64,000 nucleotides of DNA from Octopus sinensis (Eukaryota): positions 25,110,001 through 25,174,000 of the forward strand of contig NC_043004.1 of assembly GCF_006345805.1 (NCBI RefSeq), given 5' to 3'. Of this stretch, positions 12,956 through 24,159 are shown in pieces (the stretch's first letter is position 1; each line of letters begins with the position of its first letter). Below the pieces are notes generated by a model. It ran no database searches and had not been told where the DNA came from. It saw only the letters and a list, made by a program, of their open reading frames with translations. Made by a program: the position numbers and the translations under genes.

Positions 12956-13500
12956 GGAAATTACTTATCTTACAGAGTCTTTTGTTTATTTTCTTGTGGA
13001 AGGGACGAGTTCCAATGGTCAGGCAGTCAATCTGCTACCAGTTCTCTTTGTGTAGTGGCTTAGGCATGCCAAGGCTTTTGACGCGCTGACACGCACTCAG
13101 GTGAACATGGGTGGGCTCGTATCAGGAGGACCACATCACTATTATCTCTCTTACTGTCGTATACTTCCCTTCTTTTATTATATATCGTGTATACATTTTT
13201 TTATCATTCCATTGTATTAAAACCTCCAAACTTTACGTGTGTCTTTGTATCCTCCTCCCCTCATCCTTCTCCCAATTGGCAACTAAGTCATCATCATTAC
13301 TTATTATTACTCTTTCCTATTGAGGATTGTTGATTTAAAAAAAAAATTGTTAGTCTTGTCTACATGCAAAACCCTCACAACACACACTCTCGTACATACA
13401 TACACACACACACACACACATTCTTTGTTTTTTCCTGTACTACCCATAATGTTTTTCTTAATGTAAGTCTTTGTGGTTAATAAAGAAATCATTATCTATC
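12955..13500 (+). mobile_element. L1/Tx1-like LINE fragment (post-RT region and 3' end)
   Basis: LFIFLWKGRVPMVRQSICYQ...GLGMPRLL parallels 28600-28740. It ends TTTGTGGTTAATAAAGAAAT followed by (CTA)n. Confidence 0.6.
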
Positions 13501-13502
13501 AT

Positions 13503-13579
<77 letters not shown>

Positions 13580-13984
13580 TGTGAAGAGACGCTTCAACTA
13601 AAATGCATTGCTGTACTCATTTCGGCTCCTCATAGCCTACGTTCATATACAAACCTACATGCATATACATGCATATGTATACATACGTAATACATACGTA
13701 AAGACATATATGAAATTTCACACCTGTCAACGCTCTTCTACTTTTTACTGCCTTTCTTCCTCTTGTAACCACACTCACACACACATACAAACACACGCAC
13801 CAACGCACATACACACGCATACATTAGTCAGTAATTAAATCTAAAGTTCACACCTTCGTTCAGCGCATATATATTGTTTTTTGCACCGAGTCACATACAT
13901 CTCTTCTGCCCGGTGTCTTCCTATTTAGTGCTTTACTTCATCGTTACTTCATCGTCGTCATCATCATCATCATCATCATCGTCG

Positions 13985-14050
<66 letters not shown>

Positions 14051-14233
14051 CCATCATCACCCACACTCATCTTCACTCTTGTATTATTCAAAGCATTTAT
14101 TTTTCAAACGGTTCTTGCACACATAGCCAAATTGAGTTTGTTTATTGAATTATTATTATTATTATTATTATTATTATTGTTGTTGTTGTTGTTTTTGTTG
14201 TTGTTATTACTATTATTATTATTATTATTATTA

Positions 14234-14303
<70 letters not shown>

Positions 14304-14304
<1 letters not shown>

Positions 14305-14546
14305 TATGGTCGCCGTTCACCAGGCACGTATTTCCACAGCTAGTTTCTTTAACGGAACTGCATGCATGTCCTGTACTGTCCATAATGTCTTTCTTAATGC
14401 AAACCCTTGTGGTTCATAAAGAAATTATCATTTGCCTTTCATTCTTTCTGAGTCGATAAATTAAGTACCAGCGGGACACTGGGAGTCGATGTAATCGACA
14501 TATCTGTCCACCCCAAATGGCTACCCTTGTGGAAAAATTTGAGACC

Positions 14547-14613
<67 letters not shown>

Positions 14614-14862
14614 TATTATTTATGGTCGCCGTTCACCAGGCACGTATTTCCACAGCTAGTTTCTTTAACGGAACTGCATGCATGTCCTGTACTGTCCATA
14701 ATGTCTTTCTTAATGCAAACCCTTGTGGTTCATAAAGAAATTATCATTTGCCTTTCATTCTTTCTGAGTCGATAAATTAAGTACCAGCGGGACACTGGGA
14801 GTCGATGTAATCGACATATCTGTCCACCCCAAATGGCTACCCTTGTGGAAAAATTTGAGACC

Positions 14863-14865
<3 letters not shown>
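14304..14865. repeat. 316-bp-period tandem duplication bracketed by (ATT)n
   Basis: 14304-14549 and 14620-14865 appear identical; each is a LINE 3' end plus a SINE tail. Confidence 0.9.
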
Positions 14866-14925
<60 letters not shown>

Positions 14926-14959
14926 ATAACTATTGTTATTATTGTTATCTTTTTTTTTT

Positions 14960-15653
14960 CTTCTTTCAAATTTGCTTCCATTTCTTGCCGAGTGTCTTCC
15001 CGATTCCTAGGGCAAAGAAACTCATAGTATACATTGGTAGGCCATTAAACTAAACTCACTAGTTCGTTCATTTTTTAAAAAAGTTAAATTAAAATACATG
15101 GGTAGTAATAGTTCTCACATCGACAATGCTCTTCTCAATACGTGTGATGTACCAGTTAAGACAATCTTTTGCACTTCTTGCAGGGATGGTAAGCCAGGGA
15201 TCATTCTCATATAATTTTCGGTTCCCTTCTTGATCATTCCTAGTGCTCCTACGATCACTGGTATTGTAACCGCCTTGAGATGCCACATTTTCTCAATTTC
15301 AATGAGCAGGTCTTTATATTTTCTGAGCTTGTCAAACTCTTTCGCCGAGATATTATGATCACAGGGATGCTCATGTCGATCAATAAGCAAACTTTATTGT
15401 TTTGGTCTTTCACAACAATATCCGGTTTATTGGCTTTGATGGTTCGGTCCGTATGTACTGGAAAGTCCCACAGAATCGTTACATTTTCTCCTTCAGTTAC
15501 AGCTTCAGGGTGGTGATTATACCACTTGTCGGCAGTTTTGATATTGTAATGCCGACTTATTAGCCAGTGTAGATATTGGCCAACTCTGTCATGTCTTAAT
15601 TTATACTCCACTGGTGCTAAGACTTTACATCCAGAGATTAGGTGGTCCACTGT
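14960..15653 (-). mobile_element. R4/Dong-like element 3' part: CCHC finger, REL endonuclease, 3'UTR ending in A-rich/(TAA)n
   Basis: ORFs 15255-15650 (DHLISGC...RHD...NKPDIVV...LIDMSIP) and 15115-15390 (KLRKYKDL...PVIVGALG) are one frameshifted REL domain. Confidence 0.9.
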
Positions 15654-16517
15654 TACCTACTTTCAAAGAATAACGAAACCAACCTTCCAAAAAAACTATC
15701 GGCCTATAACCAGTCTATCTACCACGTATAAAATCCTAACATCTATCCTGGCGGAGAAAACATGCATTCATGGAGAAGAACGATATTTTCCCCATTGAAC
15801 AAAAAGGGTGCCGCCGAGGCTCATACGGATGCAAAGATCAACTGCTAATTATTCGTATGATCCTTGAGAACTGTCACAACAAGCGTAGAAATCTCAGTCC
15901 CGCATGGATTGACTATAAAAGGGCCTTCGATAGTATACCGCATCCATGGATCTTGAGATCGATGGACATCTTCAAAATTTCCCCTGTGATTTCAAGCTTC
16001 CTGAAGCACAATATGTCGTTGTGGAATACGAATCTTCAATTATACCACTCTAATGGAGTACTTGCCTCAGAAAATATAAACATCAACTGTGGAATTTTTC
16101 AAGGTGACTCACTTTCACCATTAATATTCTGCATAGCCCTAATACCCCTTACAAGTGAATTGAACAGAACAGGGTATGGGTATAAAATTGCCAATAAAAA
16201 AATAAGCCATTTATTTTATATGGATGACTTAAAACTCTATGGTAAAGACGATAGTGAACTTGAAGGCCTATTGCGCACTGTGAAAGCATTCAGCGATGAC
16301 ATCGGGATGAAGTTTGGGCTTGAGAAGTGTGCCAAGGCCACTTTCCAGAAAGAGAAAGTGAAGACCACGAATTCAGTCATGTTAGATGTTGACACAGTCA
16401 TAAGAGAGCTTGAGCAAGAACAAACATACAAATATTTAGGGATAAATGAAGGCTCTGGTATTCAGCATGCAAGCATGAAAGAGAAGATCAGGAAGGAATG
16501 TTATAGGAGAGTTCGTG
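15654..16517 (+). mobile_element. Reverse transcriptase segment of the same R4/Dong-like family, inverted relative to its 3' part
   Basis: ORF 15770-16534 has the RT motifs DYKRAFDSIPH, GIFQGDSLSPL, YMDDLKLY and YKYLG; NYRPIT lies upstream across a frameshift. Confidence 0.9.
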
Positions 16518-16860
16518 CGTGGTACCTTAGGTAAGTGTCTTCTACTATAGCCTCGGGCCGACCAAAGCCTTGTGAGTGGATTTGGTAGACGGAAACTGAA
16601 AGACGCCCGTCGTATATATGTATATATATAAATGTGTGTGTGTATGTGTGTGTGTGTGTCTGTGCCCCCCCCCCAACATCGCTTGACAACCGATGCTGGT
16701 GTGTTTACGTCCCCGTAACTTAGTGGTTCGGCAAAAGAGACCGATAGAATAAGTACTAGGCTTACAAAGAATAAGTCCTGGGGTCGATTTGCTCGACTAA
16801 AGGCGGCGCTCCAGCATGGCCGCAGTCGAATGACTGAAACAAGTAAAAGAGTAAAAGAGC
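16516..16860 (+). mobile_element. SINE family B, 5'-truncated
   Basis: GGTAAGTGTCTTCTACTATAGCCTCGGGCCGACC... through the tail GGCGCTCCAGCATGGCCGCAGTCGAATGACTGAAACAAGTAAAAGAGTAAAAG. Confidence 0.9.
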
Positions 16861-16863
16861 AGT

Positions 16864-17275
16864 AAGGCAGCGAGCTGGCAGAATCGTTAGTACGCCTGAC
16901 GAAATGCTTAGCCGTAATTCGTCTGTCGTTACGTTGTGAGTTCAAATTCCGCCGAGGTCGACTTTGCCTTTCATCCTTTCGGGGTCGATAAATTAAGTAC
17001 CAGTCAAGCACTGGGATCGATATAATCGACTTAATACCTATGTCTGTCCATGTTTGTCTCCTCTATGTTTAACCCCTTGTGGGTAATAAAGAAATAGAAA
17101 TAGGTATTACGCCCGTCGCTACGTTCTGAATTCAAACTCCGCCGAGGTCGAATTTGCCTTTCATCCTTTCGGGGTGGATAAATTAAGTACCAGTGAAATA
17201 CTGGGAGGTGGGGGGGGGTTGACTTATCCTCCCATCCAAATTAGCTACCCTCGTGGAGAAATTTTAAACTAATAT
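16864..17275 (+). mobile_element. SINE family A dimer (second monomer has the alternative tail)
   Basis: Full monomer 16864-17098, then GTATTACG...core...AAATTAGCTACCCTCGTGGAGAAATTTTAAAC. Confidence 0.85.
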
Positions 17276-17435
17276 TAATATTATTAAGGCGGCAAGCTGA
17301 CAGAATCGTTATCATACTGGCCGAAATGCTTAAGGGTATTTCAGCCGTTGCTACGTTTTGAGTTCAAATTCTGCCAAGGTGGACATTGCCTTTCATCCTT
17401 TTGGGGCCGAAAAATTAAGTACCAATCAAGTACTC

Positions 17436-19560
17436 ATCCCCATCTACCTTGGCTGAAAAGGATTCAGAGTTAGAATACTCAACATCCTACCAGAGATAAA
17501 TATCTGCTGGTTGGTGACTGTAATTTTTCTCGAAATAGAAGAGAAAATCACGATTCTGCAAATACAGAAGATACACAAGTAGAAATGGTTGAGACAAAGG
17601 ATGAAGTTATGATAAGGCAGACCAAAAAGGCGTCGAGGCTATCCTGGATTACATAACCCTACCGGATGTCACAAAGTTTCACTTCGCTGTTGAGGGCAAA
17701 AAGCCAAGATGTCACCTGTGTGGGGACACAAATCATCTCCAAGTGTTCTGCCCAGAGAGAGAAGTGAGCTCCCTACTTATGCCAACACCACCACCACCAC
17801 CACAACAACAACAACAACAACAGCTGCAGCAGCAGCAACAACAACAACAGCAGCAGCTGCAGCAGCAGCTGCAACACCACCAACAGAAACAGGCGACTAC
17901 AGCAGCAAAAAACAACAGTAACAATACTAGCAGCAAGTGCAATCACAGAAACATCGACATCTCCACTACAAGCACAATCCAAGTCATACATACAACTTTC
18001 AGATCGCACAACTCCACACCAGCAAAACTATACAGCAATATATACCAACAATAAAAAAAAAAACAAAGGAATCACATATATAACTATACACACATCACAC
18101 ACACATCAACTTTATCACACCAAGAAACAACCCACCAAAACATATTAAAGTCATACAAACAACACAACACACATAAAATGCGACCAAAACAAAATATGTT
18201 GAAGGGTAGGGGGTTTCCAAGGAGACATGAATAAAATAATATATAAAGAACTGCTCGTGGAAACATCTACACATACCTATGGGGACGAAACACCCATTTC
18301 CTCCTCGCCAACTGAATTACGGTAAGTAGCCTTTTCTGCTTCTATACTTTGATCTAACACAACCTTGCTTAGAGTAGGCAGTACAAATGCACGTGGCCTA
18401 GAGTAGCCTTGGAAACAAGGCCATCTACTTAACGACCTCAGGTCACCAAGTGTCCATGTAGTGGCCATCAGTGAAATCAGACTCTACAACCGACAAGCTT
18501 TCATGCTCATTTTCGCTGGATACTAGCTGTAATCATCTCCATGTCAACCAGAAATGGGAAATGGAACGTGTATGTTGATCCGGAGAGGTCTGAATCTCAA
18601 GATAAGGACTAGAGCGAGGCAGGACGCCTGGCACCTAAAGTATCATCAGGCGCTCACACTCACTGTCAGTCGGGCAATGCGGTCGGTGGAAGTTCCACTT
18701 AGGCTTTCTATAGTGGCGGACAGGAGGGATGGCGTTCCTGGAAATACTCTGGGTGTCAATGAGAATGAGTTGGCTGGTCTATTCTGGAGGACTTTCGGGT
18801 CAGAGCCTATGGATAACTTCCAAAAATTCCTGGTATGGAAGTGCTAACGGTGGATATGGTCGGTTCGGAATAAACTGTACAGGTATGGAAGTGCCAACAG
18901 CCGAGCTTGCCCCAGGTGTGCACAGAGCGACGAAACTGTTCTGCATCATGGCATCCAGTGCTCGCGAATCGCTGACTTGTAGGCTTATGTCGAACACCTG
19001 CTGTCGCGTGTAGGACGGATCTGGCAATCAGCTGAGTCAATCATGAAGATCGCCACGCTACCTTTCTTTGGCCGGGAAGTGTTTTTTTGTCTAATGACCT
19101 TAGCGAAAGAGGTTGTGAGGTGGACCAGGTTGAAGTGGCTGGAGACTGACACTTTCTTCTTTGCCCAAGCCCTCATCAACCTTTTCAAGTTTTACATAAA
19201 AAGAAAAGTGAGGGTAGAGAGGGAAATGCTGCCTCCCAGCAATTTTATTAAATGGTGGGTGAACTTAACGCGAATGGCCCGAGTGAACAGGCCTACTCTA
19301 AGTATGCGTCTCTAGATCGAGAGTATATAAAGTGGAGAGGGTACTTGCCCCAGAAGTCAGGATGATCGTGGTTTTTGTGGGGTTTCTACGAGCAGTCCTT
19401 CAGAGTCTCCTTCTTTTGGGGATTTATTTATTTATTATAATTTTATTATTATTACATTTTTACACGATTAAATCCCACTTTTTGTGTTGCGTTGTCCTGT
19501 GCCGTCCCCAATCATTTATATAAACCCTCAGTGGTAAATAAAGAAAAGATTATCATTATT
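17436..19560 (+). mobile_element. L1/Tx1-like LINE, internally deleted (ORF1 zinc knuckle, AP-endonuclease start, ORF2 C-terminus, 3'UTR)
   Basis: CHLCGDTNHLQVFC (CX2CX4HX4C) at about 17710; RVGSTNARGL...LLNDLRS...VVAISEIRL at about 18375; C-terminal ORF 19043-19315; tail CCCTCAGTGGTAAATAAAGAAA. Confidence 0.8.
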
Positions 19561-20144
19561 GTTGTTGTTGTTGTTAGACAACAACAAATATCTATTGCGA
19601 TTGCAACAGATATTTTATTGCTTGAACGATATTTCGACAGCAAGCCTGTTTGGTTGAGTTCAAGATAAAAAGTGATAAAATTCAAAATTATAGAAATTCA
19701 AATCTAAAATATAAACGAGAGCAACTAACACCCACACGTTGATGGAATTACATCAATCTTTAGGTTTCAATTTTATAACTGGCGAAAAGAAAAAGACAGA
19801 AAAAAGAGAGAAAAGAAGGAAAGAAAAAGAATATTTAATCAAACAGTTTTGTGTAAATTTGATGAAATTCTCCTGTTATTTGATTCATTTTTCCCGGGCG
19901 TGATGTTAATAACCACCAAACATATTTCTCCTCACACATTTTGGGTATTGAAAGTGTAGCAGATTCAGAATATTTTCTGAGAATATGCACTTTCAAGTCT
20001 TTTTCAAAATTCTACCGCGTACACCAAATAAGAATCTCTACATGTCCCACCTGTATAAATCATAATATTTTTGTTATGATTCCTGGTTTCACTTGACGCA
20101 TGTTGTTGCACAATGAATGATATGTAATTTAAGGGGTAAAAATA

Positions 20145-20470
20145 AAGTAAAGACCTCCTTCGGTCATGAATGACCATGGGATTGCACCTAGAAAGTTACC
20201 CTCTAAGACACAAGTCTGGGCGAGGTTGTTTATGAAAGACTAGCAGTCACCCATGCATACCAGTTTCCCCTCTCCACGCCAACGATATTATTTAAGAGAA
20301 AAGCAAAGGCAGATACAGCTTGGCACCAGTGACGTCGCAACTCATTTCTACAGTTGAGTGAACGTGAAATAACGTGTCTTGCTCAGGAACACAACACACT
20401 GAACCGTCCGGGAATCGAACTCACATGATTGTGAGTCCGACGATCTAACCATTGAGCCATGCGCCTTCAC
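20145..20470 (-). mobile_element. tRNA-derived SINE family C
   Basis: Reverse complement matches 53937-54280 along its length. Confidence 0.8.
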
Positions 20471-21044
20471 AACTGTCTATATGACTGCAAATTGTTGCAT
20501 GTTGTAGATAACATCGAGATTCCCTCATTGACACGTCATTATTGTTGTCATGGCTGATGAAGACGTTAGCAGTAAGGGAGGTAGTATTTATAGTGTTACT
20601 GTTATGGTGTTACTCAGGTCTTCAATAAAGCTAAGTCCAAATTTTAACTTACGTGACTAAATAAGAGTTATAAAAAAAGACTTATGTATTTCCAGTGTTG
20701 AGATTTATGACTATACATTGTCAAATAGTGAATAAGATTTAGGAGATGAAGCCATTCCCAAATAAAGATTAAAAAACTTGCACGTTTAAATTTCGAAAGA
20801 AGAGCAAGCAAATACTATCTTAATTGAGAGATATTTTGTTTCAAATGTATGCAAATGAGAAAATGTTCGACTGGAAATGACATCAGACAATGAGCTCAGT
20901 GGTTCGTGCGATTTAAACTCCTTACATGGATGCTGTTGTTACTCTTGGCATGACATTTTAGCTTAAAATTCTTATCATTCTCGTTGTTTAACATCAAGGC
21001 AGTTCTGATGAAATTGTCATTGATGAAAAGCTCTATCCCTCACC

Positions 21045-21066
21045 TTTCTTTCTTTCTTTCTTTCTC

Positions 21067-21132
<66 letters not shown>

Positions 21133-21163
21133 TTTTTTTCACACACAAACACAGTCTCTCTCA

Positions 21164-21243
<80 letters not shown>

Positions 21244-21250
21244 TTATCTA

Positions 21251-21298
<48 letters not shown>

Positions 21299-21551
21299 AC
21301 TATCTATCTATTTATCTATCTATCTGTCTGTCTGTCTGTCTATCTATCTCTCTATCAATACATACAAACATACATACGTACGTGCGTACGTATATAATAC
21401 ATACACACATACACACACATACATACATACCTACATCCATCCATCCATCCATCCATTCATCCATCCATGCATGCATGCATACAAACATACATACATACAT
21501 ACATACATACATACATACATACATACATACATACATACATACATACATACA
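21045..21551. repeat. Compound tetranucleotide block (TTTC)n (TATC)n (TGTC)n (CATC)n (CATA)n
   Basis: Direct inspection. Confidence 0.9.
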
Positions 21552-21909
<358 letters not shown>

Positions 21910-22364
21910 TCACGCACACTCACACATACACATATGTACATATATATGTCGTTTATGATGGTAGGACGCAGCTTGAGGGATGCTCGATTGCTATTACTAG
22001 GAAGTCTAACTTGCTCGCAATAATTTCTGTACAACATTCTTTGTCCTTTGGTTCATACAATTCAATATTCATTTTACAACATCGTTGAGTGTTTTAAAGG
22101 AGTAATTATATTTCGGAGCGGTTACGACATGTGTTATTAGTTGTAAGTGTTCTTGGTGATGTCTCTAATATATTCATGGTTGTGGATGGCAATGAGAGCA
22201 AGAAGAATGTTGTAAGTAATTTCAATAAACTGATTGTTTCCCTTTTTTGGCGGTTATTGTTCTCGGATGTAGAAAATATAATAGTTTATATTTAGGACCA
22301 TGTAATTCATATTACCACGGTTTTTGTTTCTCTACGCAGGGTAAGCCAGGATGCACAGCGTTAT

Positions 22365-22590
22365 CGTTATTGAATACAAAGCGATGCGAGGTGTTACATT
22401 TTGGAGACTGGCAATCTAATAGAGGAAGAAAAGCATTCAACTACATTGATGTTAATGTCAGATGGTATTGAAGATCTAGTAAAGTCTGCGACGTGGTAAA
22501 ATGCATCCCATGCGGCCACTTGAAGTTAAAAAATATTTTAAGACTGTAATGAAACCACACCTTGATTATGGTAACATTGTTTGGAGGAAA
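22365..22590 (+). mobile_element. Old CR1/L2-type RT fragment
   Basis: LLNTKRCEVLHFG and FKTVMKPHLDYGNIVW resemble the FNxxKCKVLHFG and RPHLEYxxxVW motifs. Confidence 0.5.
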
Positions 22591-22789
22591 TTTTAGGAAG
22601 GTTTAAAGAAAGTACGAAAGAAAGAAAAAGAAAAAAAGGAAGAAATAAAGAGAAAAGAAAACCTTTGATAGATGTTTCTTGCTGTACGTTGTAATTATGA
22701 AGACTGTGTACAAATATTTAGTGTCACTAAACAAATGTCAGCACAGGAATTCTGGGCGCAGACAGCAGATTCAATTACAGAACTATCAC

Positions 22790-23210
22790 CACCAACTTCC
22801 CCACTTTAACACTTTCTATGTGGTCACTCGATCTCCTAGAAATGGTTACAAAATATCCCTCAAATCACAACCTATCATACTATAAAAAGTAGATAATACA
22901 TTTACACTACTATTACAGCTTCTACTTGCCACTCTTTCTGCTAGAAATAGTAGCAAAATATTCCTTAAATCACAAACTATACTACTAAAGAGTAAATGGC
23001 GCAGCTACACCACTGTTACAACTTCTATTTGGCTACTTGTACCGCTTGAAATAGCAGTAAAAATCCCTCAAATCACGCCCTGTCGCGTTAAAACATAAAT
23101 GAAACATCTGGTGATGTTGTACCAATCTCTAAAGAAGATGGAGTGTCACGGCTGAAATGCCTTACATCATAGGTTTGTTCAATCAGAGTTGACCTGGGCA
23201 ATTTCTATTC
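22790..23210 (+). mobile_element. SINE-like family D with three tandem sub-repeats of about 100 bp
   Basis: (CT)AGAAAT(G/A)G...AAATAT(C/T)CCT(C/T)AAATCAC recurs at about 22836, 22942 and 23047. The tail GACCTGGG is also seen at about 56200. Confidence 0.5.
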
Positions 23211-23559
23211 CTTTTACTGAGCCTAGACGAAGGTGCAGTGCCTATGGCATCTGTATTCCCTCTAAGACTAGTGAGTTTGATGCTGTTAGTACAGGGCCAA
23301 ATGGGTTGGACACAAGAGAAGGGACAAGTGGGGAAATGTGTGGGTCAAATGTGTCTTAGCGGGGAAAGTACGAAACCCAGCTAAATCCGAGTAACAGAAG
23401 CTAGGCAGGAACAAGAATAACAACAACATGAACAACAAACTGCGGCAGCAGTAACAACAGCAAGAGCAAAGCAACAAAAAACGATAGCAACAGTAACAGC
23501 TGCAAGAACAACGGCAACAACATTATCAGTAGTAACAACAACAACAGCAATAATAGTTC

Positions 23560-23712
23560 TTTCTACTAAAGGCATAAACCTGAAACTTTGCCGTGAGGGT
23601 TTTAGTTGATTACACCGATCCCAGTACTCAATTGCTCCTTATTCTAGACACTGAAAGGATGAAAGGCTAAGTTGAGTTCGGAGGCATTTGAATTCAGAAC
23701 TTAAAAACAGAA
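23560..23712 (-). mobile_element. SINE family A variant
   Basis: GAAAGGATGAAAGGC...GCATTTGAATTCAGAAC core on the minus strand. Confidence 0.6.
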
Positions 23713-24159
23713 GCCTCAGCAGCAATAACAACAGCAACACATTAATTGTAGTAGAAAAACAAGCGACAATATAACACAAAAGTAGACGTGAAAATTAGCA
23801 TTATTTTTTAGGAAAAAAACAACAACAAAAAAACAAAAAAAAAACAGGCAAACTATTTAGAGGTTAATAGGTCCTTAGGAAAAGATTAAATGAAACAGAA
23901 AGCGGAAATGACCAAATGAAGGACTGGCAAGGCGAGATCAGGACACAGATATCTTCCTTGACACCTCTTCAAAACTTAAAGTGAAAGAGTTACACAATAG
24001 GTAGAGAATCTGATGATCACAAAAGATAATTATACCCACGACAAATTACTTTTCTTAAATCAAGTAGCTTTGATGGTATTATTTTTTCTGAAAATATCAA
24101 CCTGACGTAGCTTTGGGGCTTTTGTTCTTTGTTTCTGTTGTGGCAAATAAAAGAAAATA

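Noticed and set aside
17743-18054. Poly-Gln ORF resembling a transcription factor
   Set aside because: It is the low-complexity part of the L1/Tx1 ORF1 remnant, directly after the zinc knuckle.
20550-20586. MADEDVSSKG followed by GTAGTA as a first coding exon
   Set aside because: Weak donor, no promoter-like context, no recognisable protein.
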